Source: Candidatus Latescibacterota bacterium | Lineage (GTDB): Bacteria > Latescibacterota > UBA2968 > GCA-2709665 | Length of the DNA stretch: 64,000 bases | NCBI GenBank assembly: GCA_965226795.1 | Contig: CBDDDZ010000005.1 | Span: 2,176,001 to 2,240,000 of the forward strand | Direction: 5' to 3' | Shown: positions 56,172-64,000 of the stretch, piece by piece | Position numbering within the stretch: the stretch's first letter is position 1 | Layout of the letters: each line of letters opens with the position of its first letter | The notes under the pieces: model-generated | The model's database searches: none | The model's input: only the letters and a program-made list of their open reading frames with translations | What the model was told of the DNA's origin: nothing | Position numbers and translations under genes: made by a program

Positions 56172-57065
56172 TCACTGATTGTCCCTATCGACAGTGTCAG
56201 CTCCTGGCGTTCTCAGACTCTCGAACACAGCGGCGGACAGGATGATCAGGCCGCCGATGATTTCCCTGCCGGACGGAATTGCAGCCAGGAAGATCACTGC
56301 GATAATCACACCGTAGACTGTCTCCAGCGCCAGGGTAATCCCGACAACCTTGCCGGAAAGGTGCCGCTGGCTGTTGACGAAGAGAATCCGTGCAAATCCG
56401 GTCAGCACCACCCCCAGCACCACCACGAGCAGGATGTCCCTGGTACCGGGCATTTCGAAAAGGGTTTCATCGTAAAGCATGAATGGCAGAAGCAGCAGGC
56501 CGGCGATGCCCATTTCATAGGCTGAGATGTCCCAGCTATTGTATCTGTCGATAATTCGTTTCTTGCGCAGCAGGATGATGAACGGGAGCATCGCTCCGGA
56601 GGCAACGCCGTAGATTGCCCCCTGAAAATTCGCATTGGACAAATCGAAATCCGGCGCAAGACAGTAGACACCAATCATTACTGCGACTGCACTGGCGAAG
56701 TCTATGGCCCGGAGTCTGACGTTGAAGAAAAAGCTCTCCAGAAACACCATGAGCACCGGGTACGTATACGTCGTCACCAGGCCGATCGCTACCGTTGATA
56801 CCTTTATCGATTGGAAGAAGAGCACCCAATGTATAGAAAGCAGGCCCGCGATCGCGGCAAAGGTACCAAAGTCGCTCCAACTCCTGACGGGCACGTGGCT
56901 CTTGAGACGTCTTGCGACAACGATAAGGACGATCGCTGCCAGAGACGTCCTCCAGAAGACAATCTGGTACGGGTCGAGGTCGACTGCCTTTCCGAAGGGT
57001 GCGATGAATCCATACAGGAGGGTCGCAACGTGCACCTCGGCGAGCGCACGGGACCTACCTGTCAT
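56172..57065 (-). CDS. DMT/EamA family transporter
   Basis: About 10 hydrophobic segments; HWVLFFQSIKVSTVAIG; ETVYG. Confidence 0.88.
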   Translation of the reverse strand: MTGRSRALAEVHVATLLYGFIAPFGKAVDLDPYQIVFWRTSLAAIVLIVVARRLKSHVPVRSWSDFGTFAAIAGLLSIHWVLFFQSIKVSTVAIGLVTTYTYPVLMVFLESFFFNVRLRAIDFASAVAVMIGVYCLAPDFDLSNANFQGAIYGVASGAMLPFIILLRKKRIIDRYNSWDISAYEMGIAGLLLLPFMLYDETLFEMPGTRDILLVVVLGVVLTGFARILFVNSQRHLSGKVVGITLALETVYGVIIAVIFLAAIPSGREIIGGLIILSAAVFESLRTPGADTVDRDNQ

Positions 57066-57942
57066 CTGTCAGGCTCGATGGCGGGCGAGGACGTTGACGA
57101 TTTCGCGGCATTCCTTTTCGATCCCTGGTTGAAAAGGGATTTATACACCTGAGTGACCCTTTAATATTAACCTGAATGATTCGTAACTCCCTGACAAACG
57201 AGGAGGTTACATATGACGATACTTGAACTGACGAACATGTTTCCAGATGATAAAGAGGCTTCGGAATGGATAGCCAAGGTGAGATGGCGATATGGGGTGC
57301 AATACCCTCGCTGTTCGGGGTCCGATATCCATGAGGGAACTAAGCATCACACAATGCCCTACCGTTGTCGCATTTGTCGAAGGTACTTCTGCGTCAAGAC
57401 CGACACAGTGATGAAAGGTTTTCTGTTGGGTCCTCAGGTGTGGGCGGTAGCCGCATATTTGATATTACAGTACACATCAAGGGTGTTCCGAGTACTTGTG
57501 TGGCGAAGTATCTGGGAGTCACGCAGAAGACGGCATGGTTCCTGATGCATCGCAGACGAACAGCGTGGTCACGGAGGCAAGGCTTTTTCACTGGGTTCGT
57601 AGAAGTCGATGAAACATATCCCGGCGGGAAAGAAAAAAACAAGCATGCTTGTAAGAAGATGAAGGCGGGGCGGGGTACAGTAGGCAAGATCCCTGTCGTT
57701 GGAGCGCTGGATAGAGAGACCCACACAGTAGATGCGACGGCCATCCAGAATGCGGACGGCCCGACGCTAAGACGCTTCGTATACCGGCACGCCCGACTGA
57801 AGGCAACGGTCTATACTGACGATGCTTCGGCGTATACCAGTCTGACGCACGTTACGCACAAGAGCGCCAAGCATTCGGCAAAGCAGTATGTAGAAGGGCG
57901 GTGCACACCAACGGCATTGAGTCATTGCGGCGCAGACTCCTA

Positions 57943-59122
57943 GTGTTATGTCCCTAAAATAACTTGATTAATTATTGAAGTTGTCCTATGTTCTCTCTAA
58001 ACATTTTTGCACCTTTCAATAAAGGAGAGAGCCATGGGACGTGGTCGCCCTCGGAAGCCGATTGTGTTGAGTGCTGAGGTCCGTGAGGAACTGACGTCAC
58101 TTTCACGGTCTCGTACGTTGTCGCATGGTCTCGTGCGACGTGCCAATATCATCTTGATGAGCGTCGAAGGTCTCAGTAACCGTGTGATTGCCCAAAAAGT
58201 CGGGCTGAGCCAGCAGAGTGTCATCACCTGGCGTAACCGCTTTCTCCAGCAGGGGTTAGTGGGTCTGTATGATGAACGCCGTTCGGGCAGACCACGCACC
58301 GTCGAGGCCGAGGAGATCACCGCACTGATCCGGAAGACGCTCACCACAAAACCCGAAGATGGCAGCACCCAATGGACGTGTCGATCCATCGCTGTCGAAA
58401 CGAAGATATCCAAATCCGAGGTGCAACGTATCTGGTCCACATTGGGGATTGCGCCACACCGGCAGAAGCACTTCAAGCTATCCAACGATCCCTTCTTCAC
58501 TGAAAAAGTGCACGACATCGTCGGACTGTATCTGGACCCACCCGATTGTGCGATGGTGCTTTGTGTCGACGAGAAAAGCCAGACGCAGGCGTTGGAACGT
58601 ACCCAACCGCTTTTGCCGATGGGGCTGGGATACGTGGAGGGCGTGACGCACGATTACGTCCGCCACGGTACCACGACGTTGTTCGCCGCCCTGGACATTG
58701 CCTCAGGCGAGGTTTTGACGCAATGCAAGCGCAGGCACCGCCACCAGGAGTTTTTACAGTTTCTCAACCACATCGACCAAAACATACCTGAAGATCTCGA
58801 TGTACACTTAATCGTCGACAACTATTGTACGCACAAACACACCAAGGTGAAACGATGGCTTTCAAAAAGACCCAGATACCACCTTCACTTTACCCCCACA
58901 TACGCATCCTGGCTCAACCAAGTCGAGATCTGGTTCAATATCATCACACAGAAAGCCATCAGGCGGGGCTCCTTCAGATCCGTGAGAGAACTCATCGACA
59001 GAATCCAAACCTTCACCGACAACTACAACAAGACGTCGAAGCCATTCGTCTGGACCGCCACCGCAGTATCCATCCTCCAGAAAATCGAACGATTATGTAA
59101 ATCTATTTCTGGGACATGACAC
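57943..59122 (+). mobile_element. IS630 family insertion sequence
   Basis: TIRs GTGTTATGTCCC / GGGACATGACAC; TA duplicated within CTAG. Confidence 0.92.
58034..59119 (+). CDS. IS630 family transposase
   Basis: [47 protein letters not shown] after GGAG. Confidence 0.95.
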   Translation: MGRGRPRKPIVLSAEVREELTSLSRSRTLSHGLVRRANIILMSVEGLSNRVIAQKVGLSQQSVITWRNRFLQQGLVGLYDERRSGRPRTVEAEEITALIRKTLTTKPEDGSTQWTCRSIAVETKISKSEVQRIWSTLGIAPHRQKHFKLSNDPFFTEKVHDIVGLYLDPPDCAMVLCVDEKSQTQALERTQPLLPMGLGYVEGVTHDYVRHGTTTLFAALDIASGEVLTQCKRRHRHQEFLQFLNHIDQNIPEDLDVHLIVDNYCTHKHTKVKRWLSKRPRYHLHFTPTYASWLNQVEIWFNIITQKAIRRGSFRSVRELIDRIQTFTDNYNKTSKPFVWTATAVSILQKIERLCKSISGT

Positions 59123-59585
59123 TAGGCGTTGCTTAAAGGAGGGTATATGAGCACTTACCACAAAATGAGTTTGAAGCATCGCAACCGACACATTCAGGAA
59201 TTTTCGGGCCGGCACAATGGGAAGTGGCCCCTGTATGGTGCCGCAAAGCTGAAGGCGGTCTTCGCTGGCATGGTGGAAGAACGTCTTTCCTATGCTCAAC
59301 TGGTCGGAGGTGAATCATGATTCTTCGAGGTAGTTCGATGCCTGACGAAAAGTGGAAAATAAATGGCACGAGAATGCTTCAACATTTGCTTTCTCGCGCC
59401 GCGAAAGATTCCCATTGTCTTTTAGAAGAACTTCTATGCTCTCCTGAAAACGACTCAGGAAGAGCGAGGCGGGACTTAAGGCGTTATTGCGTTGGTTTAT
59501 ATTATAGACTCCTTGGGCGATGGAAGTCAAAATGATGGCCAAGGATGGGGAAACGTCTTTGTGTCCCATTCAACTACTCCTGGAT

Positions 59586-61340
59586 TTATTTCCCGAAGGC
59601 AGTGGTGAAAATGAGGAAGTCGCTGAAGCCTATCGCTCCGTCTTCATCCAAATCAAATCGTTCTTCATATTCGGCTTCGTCTTCCGTGGTCCCAAATACA
59701 TCAACAAACATCAAAAAATCTACAAAATCCACTTTGCCGTCGCCATCGAAGTCTGGTGTGGGCTTGGCTTGTTCTTGGGTTCTTGCTAATATTGTTGCAT
59801 TTTCCAGCTTGACATCGGCGTTGTAATCGTAGATTTGTTGCCATTCAGCAATTGCTTTTATGAGGGTTATCTCCGTGGAGTGGAATTTTTCAAGCGTCTT
59901 AAAATCCAACGTTAAAAACAATCCACCTTCTTTTGGCGCAGGGACTGGCCAGAACCATCCTCCATCATCAACATAGCCTGGCAAAATATCCATTACGAAA
60001 ACTCGCCGACCTTCTTCCGGTTTTCGAAAATCAACGTCTACTTTCGCCACGCCTTCCAACGCATCACCAACTATATAATACGCGGGCGACACTTGGGTAT
60101 AGTCATATTCGAAAGACAACCTAAAGCGACCCATGTCTTTTATGTCTTCTGCGAAAATTTGCACCGCAAAGCTATCTTCCGGCTCCACAATTACCGTTGT
60201 ACCCTTCTGGTTTCTTGGGCCTATGTCTGCGTCTAAAGAGAATTTGAGATTTTCAGGAGCTTCTATGGCCACATCCAACCAGAAATGTTCGTCTTTGAAA
60301 TTGCCGTGTGTATCAATGACTCGGACAAATATATCGTGGGTATCCAGATCCAATAGGGTCTCGTTTGGTGATGAGGGGACGATGCCGTTATATGCCCATC
60401 GAACATTGATCTGAGATACGCTTGGAAGGCGAAGATAGTCTTGAACTTCCAGTTGGCCATACGCCACAGAATTTTGATCCGTTGTTTTCACAAACAAAAA
60501 AGCTTGGTGCAGCAGTCCGCCGCGCGCGCTGATAGCAATGTCAACATAGTGTCGGGCGCTCCCGCGCTTGTAATAGCGGCCTTCTACAAGCTTCGCGTCA
60601 AGACCTACCAAGCTTAAGGAAGAGTTAGGATTGAAATAGGGATGCGTCGAAAGGTAATCAGCGTTACACTCGGATATTTTCTCTACGTTGTTTCCATAGG
60701 ACATGATGAAGGCATTATCATGGAAATTGTGTTCCAAGCAGAAGGCATGACCTAACTCATGGGCGACCACGAAAAAAGCGAACTCCGATGGAAGAAACAA
60801 AAAGCCTCTGTTTTTGTTGAAAGCACCTGCGACGCCACCGACTGCTACGCCCTGATCCTTTAGAATACGGCTTCCGTTTTCAATTACGACAAAGTATATG
60901 TTTGTGGCCTCAAAATCAAAAACCTGCGCTACTTCGATATATATAGAATCAAGGACACTCGGGACATAATGGGCGTTTGGAAAATTTCCTGTGAATTGAT
61001 GAACTAAAGGGTTTCCACTATCGTCCCTTTCAATTTGGAATTCTCTGTTTTGGTGCCCGTGCGCTTTCAGACTTTTGGTGTAAAACGCTTGGGTGCGTTG
61101 TATTGTGGTTTTCATGCAATCCACAACAGCTTGCCTGAATGCGCGATCAGACGGCGTGAAGTATATCATACGTACCGTTTTGGGTGGTCCTGACTTGAAT
61201 ACGGCGGCTCGTTTATTCGCCGCCGTCAGTTCCCCAAGGCTTTGCAGCCGTTCTGTATCGAGTCGGATACATCGTTCGCGTCCAGATAAGTCCGTAACTA
61301 AAATGACCAAGAAAAACAGAACCGTCTTGAACAATGTCAT
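59586..61340 (-). CDS. Secreted zinc metalloprotease (metzincin-like) with cohesin-like and EF-hand/dockerin-like domains
   Basis: Signal peptide; AHELGHAFCLEH and Met-turn IMSY; PDFDGDGKVDFVDF..FDLDEDGAIGFSDF. Confidence 0.85.
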   Translation of the reverse strand: MTLFKTVLFFLVILVTDLSGRERCIRLDTERLQSLGELTAANKRAAVFKSGPPKTVRMIYFTPSDRAFRQAVVDCMKTTIQRTQAFYTKSLKAHGHQNREFQIERDDSGNPLVHQFTGNFPNAHYVPSVLDSIYIEVAQVFDFEATNIYFVVIENGSRILKDQGVAVGGVAGAFNKNRGFLFLPSEFAFFVVAHELGHAFCLEHNFHDNAFIMSYGNNVEKISECNADYLSTHPYFNPNSSLSLVGLDAKLVEGRYYKRGSARHYVDIAISARGGLLHQAFLFVKTTDQNSVAYGQLEVQDYLRLPSVSQINVRWAYNGIVPSSPNETLLDLDTHDIFVRVIDTHGNFKDEHFWLDVAIEAPENLKFSLDADIGPRNQKGTTVIVEPEDSFAVQIFAEDIKDMGRFRLSFEYDYTQVSPAYYIVGDALEGVAKVDVDFRKPEEGRRVFVMDILPGYVDDGGWFWPVPAPKEGGLFLTLDFKTLEKFHSTEITLIKAIAEWQQIYDYNADVKLENATILARTQEQAKPTPDFDGDGKVDFVDFLMFVDVFGTTEDEAEYEERFDLDEDGAIGFSDFLIFTTAFGK

Positions 61341-61394
61341 TCCCTTTCTGTTCTGTGACGTGGTGGCCGTTGGCGCCCGCAAAGGGCGCCGGGC

Positions 61395-61527
61395 CTTGTC
61401 ACGCACCGCAAGGGAATACCGGAATTGTCCCGCTTATTCGGCCAAGTTGGGGTAGCTAATCCCAACCGTAGCTAGCCTTATTCGGGGGGAGGCCCGGCAC
61501 AATATATGACTTGCTGTGTGTGACGGG
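61395..61527. other. Candidate structured RNA / 5' leader
   Basis: Imperfect 18-bp closing stem, nested inner stems, duplicated CTTATTCGG and GTAGCTA; minus-strand TTGACA-N16-TAATAT immediately upstream. Confidence 0.4.
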
Positions 61528-61622
61528 CGCATATTATGGCGATAAGGTTGAATGTCAAGAGTAAATTGAATTTACCATTTAGCGTCGGTAGATTTGCGAA
61601 ACTCCTCTAAGGAGGTGCGGAA

Positions 61623-61754
61623 ATGACAGAAGAGAAGAAGGACTGTTCACAGATGCCAGAGATAATATCGGACACGCCAGAAAATCTCATGAGGATGCTG
61701 GTTAACACACCCCCGACGACTGAGCTGAATGCAAAACAAGAAGCCCAGCGTTGA
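61623..61754 (+). CDS. Small hypothetical protein (43 aa)
   Basis: Strong RBS TAAGGAGGT; MTEEKK..ISDTPENLMRMLVNTPP. Confidence 0.5.
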   Translation: MTEEKKDCSQMPEIISDTPENLMRMLVNTPPTTELNAKQEAQR

Positions 61755-61896
61755 AGCCTCAATGTAAGACTCTAACTTCGGCCCAGGCAGTTCGAATATA
61801 CCAGAAATGTTGCTGGCCGGTACACTCTTGACATTGAAGGGGTCTCTGTCGTTCTTTTGACTGTCTAGATAAATCGAATAAACACGAAGAATCGCG

Positions 61897-62130
61897 ATGC
61901 CTGAGCCATCTGTCATTAATGGCCTGGAAGAAAAGATCAGTCGTCTGACTCTGGATGAGCAATTGCAGCTGATTGAAAGAGTGAGTCACCGAATTCGGGT
62001 TGATATTACTGCGAATACTGACATCGATGCTCAATTGAGCAAAATGGCCGCCGATCCTGAAACTCAAAAGGAAATCCGGGAAATCGAGGACGAATTCTCC
62101 CCGACAGAGGGAGATGGGCTGGATGATTGA
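61897..62130 (+). CDS. Putative antitoxin
   Basis: 77-aa ORF coupled to a mazF-like start; LTLDEQLQLIE..MAADPETQKEI. Confidence 0.7.
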   Translation: MPEPSVINGLEEKISRLTLDEQLQLIERVSHRIRVDITANTDIDAQLSKMAADPETQKEIREIEDEFSPTEGDGLDD

Positions 62131-62225
62131 TGGCAATAGTGCGAGGTGAAATATACTTCGTTAATCTAAATCCGGTGAAGGGGCGAGAGCAGTCGGGTCG
62201 CCGCGCAGTGCTGGTTCTGTCCACT
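62130..62225 (+). pseudogene. mazF: PemK/MazF toxin, 3'-truncated
   Basis: RGEIYFVNLNPVKGREQSGRRAVLVLS, then similarity stops. Confidence 0.8.
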
Positions 62226-62352
62226 TCGAGAGCGTCACGAGAAGACACCAGGCTCGGTGTCATCGTGGCGTCTTTTTTCAGTTCATTTATAGCTCATTCG
62301 GCTGCCGTGGGTTTGGTTCGATTTCCAATTGCAGCCATCGCACGCTCCACAT

Positions 62353-63012
62353 TCACGTGTATATCCCGATCATCATCCGACGCACCTTTACCGACGCCTC
62401 CCCATCCGCGACCAGGGCCGTCCTGATCGCAGGAGCCAGCACCTGCCCGGCCGGAAAGCCCTCGGGACCGCAGGAAACGTAAGAATATCCCAGGTGCGCC
62501 TGCGCGGTCTTTGTTTCGCAATTGACGATAACCGCCAGGTCCAGGTCCTCGATCACGGTCCCCCTGTCGGAGAGATTCCCGTCGCCGCCTTCGGCGAAGA
62601 GCGTCCTCTTGCCCTCCGAAGACCCGTCCCGCAGCAGGAGTTCCACGCGGCCTGCCTGGCCCACGCCGGCATCGCCCGGGACCGCTTCGAGTTGAATTCC
62701 AACGGCGCCGTCAACCTGCGACACGAGGCCCAGGCCCAACTCCGCCGGTCCGTCCACCGTCACCCCGATCGCCTCCAACTCCAGCACCTTCACCACGGAC
62801 GTGCTCAGCGGGGACCCGGTCAGCGTCACGCCGTCGCCGGCAATTCCCCTGGCGATCATCGCATAGTGGCTTCCATAGGGATCGGTGTAGTCATACGCTG
62901 ACGCCGTGGACGATCCGGTCAGCGATTCCATCATCCACACCGGCAGGCCGTGCGTGAAATTGACCTCCTCGACCTCCGCGTGATACGTTGTACGCAACAA
63001 CCTTCGGTTCAT
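62353..63012 (-). CDS. Hypothetical protein
   Basis: 219-aa ORF with GGAGGA RBS, downstream of the glycosidase-like gene. Confidence 0.6.
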   Translation of the reverse strand: MNRRLLRTTYHAEVEEVNFTHGLPVWMMESLTGSSTASAYDYTDPYGSHYAMIARGIAGDGVTLTGSPLSTSVVKVLELEAIGVTVDGPAELGLGLVSQVDGAVGIQLEAVPGDAGVGQAGRVELLLRDGSSEGKRTLFAEGGDGNLSDRGTVIEDLDLAVIVNCETKTAQAHLGYSYVSCGPEGFPAGQVLAPAIRTALVADGEASVKVRRMMIGIYT

Positions 63013-63066
63013 GGTTCCTCCCCCGGCATCCGGTCGCTCGATTTCTATGAGTCCCGCGTCTCGTTT

Positions 63067-63978
63067 CTACTTCCATTCCATCACCGCGGCGTTGATTCCG
63101 CCGCACAGAAGGTATAGCTTGTCCTCGTGGAAAACCGGAAAGGGCCAGTGGCCGGATTCCAGCACACAACCCATGTCCTCGTACGGACCCGTCACGTCCG
63201 AACCCTCCGAAAGCGCACCGGAAAGCCCTCGCTGATCGTTGAATAGCATCAGCCAGCGGTCCCACAGCCGCACGAGGATCGATGCAAACGGCCCCCGGCT
63301 GCCCGGTGTGTTCCCCAGCAGCGGTTTTTTAGACAGCCGCCAGTGGATCCCATCCTCGCTCATCGCCAGGCCCGCCACCGTCGTCACGCCGTCCGCCTGC
63401 GCGTTCCACCCGAGACCGTTCCCCTGAAACGTCCCGATGAACATGGGGCCGTCCTTGACCACCCGCACATAGCTCACGCTCTGACCGTACCAGTGGTTTT
63501 TTCGATTCGGATGTGTTGTCATTATGGGGAACACCTGCTGCTCGAAATGGATGCCGTCAGTTGAAGTCGCCAGCGCCGTCGGCTGCACGCCGGTCGGGTG
63601 TACTCCATGGAAATACATGTAGACCTCCCCGTTGTGCATTACGGCCGACGGAGAGGAGATGTGCTTCGTGAACGACGTCGCCGCGAGTTCCAGCACGGCC
63701 TGCCGCCACGTCCACGGCCCCAGCGGGTGCCCGGCCGTCGCGAGCCAGATTTCCGAGCCGTCGTGCGTCGCGACGTAAGCATAGTATGCATCGATCGGAT
63801 CCGGCAGCACGCCCGCCGTCGGAATTGCCGAGATGTACGTCGCGTCCTGCCCCGCGAATTCCTGATCGTCCGTCGCCGCCAGCACCGGATTTCCCTCGTA
63901 CTGAACCGCCTTCGGAAGATGGAACGACATCTGTCCCGCGGCGCTGGCCGCCGTGAACTGCAACGGAAAGGTCTTCAT
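63067..63978 (-). CDS. Five-bladed beta-propeller glycoside hydrolase-like protein (GH32/43/130-like)
   Basis: YEGNPVL, LATA.HPLGPW, HISSP, MYFHG, ATSTDGIHF, AMSEDGIHW. Confidence 0.75.
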   Translation of the reverse strand: MKTFPLQFTAASAAGQMSFHLPKAVQYEGNPVLAATDDQEFAGQDATYISAIPTAGVLPDPIDAYYAYVATHDGSEIWLATAGHPLGPWTWRQAVLELAATSFTKHISSPSAVMHNGEVYMYFHGVHPTGVQPTALATSTDGIHFEQQVFPIMTTHPNRKNHWYGQSVSYVRVVKDGPMFIGTFQGNGLGWNAQADGVTTVAGLAMSEDGIHWRLSKKPLLGNTPGSRGPFASILVRLWDRWLMLFNDQRGLSGALSEGSDVTGPYEDMGCVLESGHWPFPVFHEDKLYLLCGGINAAVMEWK

Positions 63979-64000
63979 CTTGTCTCCTCACTGTATACGT

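Larger units (their letters stand above)
57136..59512 (+). mobile_element. Decayed IS1595 family element interrupted by IS630 (ends approximate)
   Basis: Transposase fragments FPDD..RW..PRC..YRC..C, VEVDETY.GGK, VYTDD, HTNGIES, then YHKMS.KH..EFSGRHN after the IS630; frameshifts. Confidence 0.75.

Noticed and set aside
61395..61527. Identification as 6S RNA, SRP RNA, c-di-AMP riboswitch or retron ncRNA
   Set aside because: Short for 6S; lacks the SRP domain IV motif; motif order does not fit ydaO; no RT gene nearby

Overview
Mosaic accessory region of a GC-rich bacterium. The cohesin/EF-hand/cadherin/LRR surface proteins, PhyH enzymes, sulfatase and dense REP-like repeats suggest a Latescibacterota/Gemmatimonadota-type, possibly host-associated organism (inference only). 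Almost every non-IS gene from 6.8 to 57 kb lies on the minus strand; most are small modifying enzymes (GNAT, SAM-methyltransferase, NUDIX, kinase, nucleotidyltransferase) or toxin-antitoxin genes. Main observations: (1) a partly decayed integron-type cassette array at about 28.9-36.5 kb, with attC-like sites whose core and inverse-core sequences match cassette by cassette, and no integrase in the window; (2) a 756-nt group II intron lacking its reverse-transcriptase ORF, inside an ABC-permease gene, whose removal restores the frame; (3) a 160-bp MITE in two copies, one split by an IS1380; a second IS1380 splitting a DUF2971-like gene; and an IS630 nested in a decayed IS1595; (4) four TA loci with a dead toxin and an intact antitoxin; (5) an exact 14-bp-period AT-rich array upstream of higBA; (6) a candidate structured leader RNA upstream of a secreted metalloprotease. 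Many pseudogenes and deletion-fusion junctions are present. No rRNA, tRNA or CRISPR array was seen.
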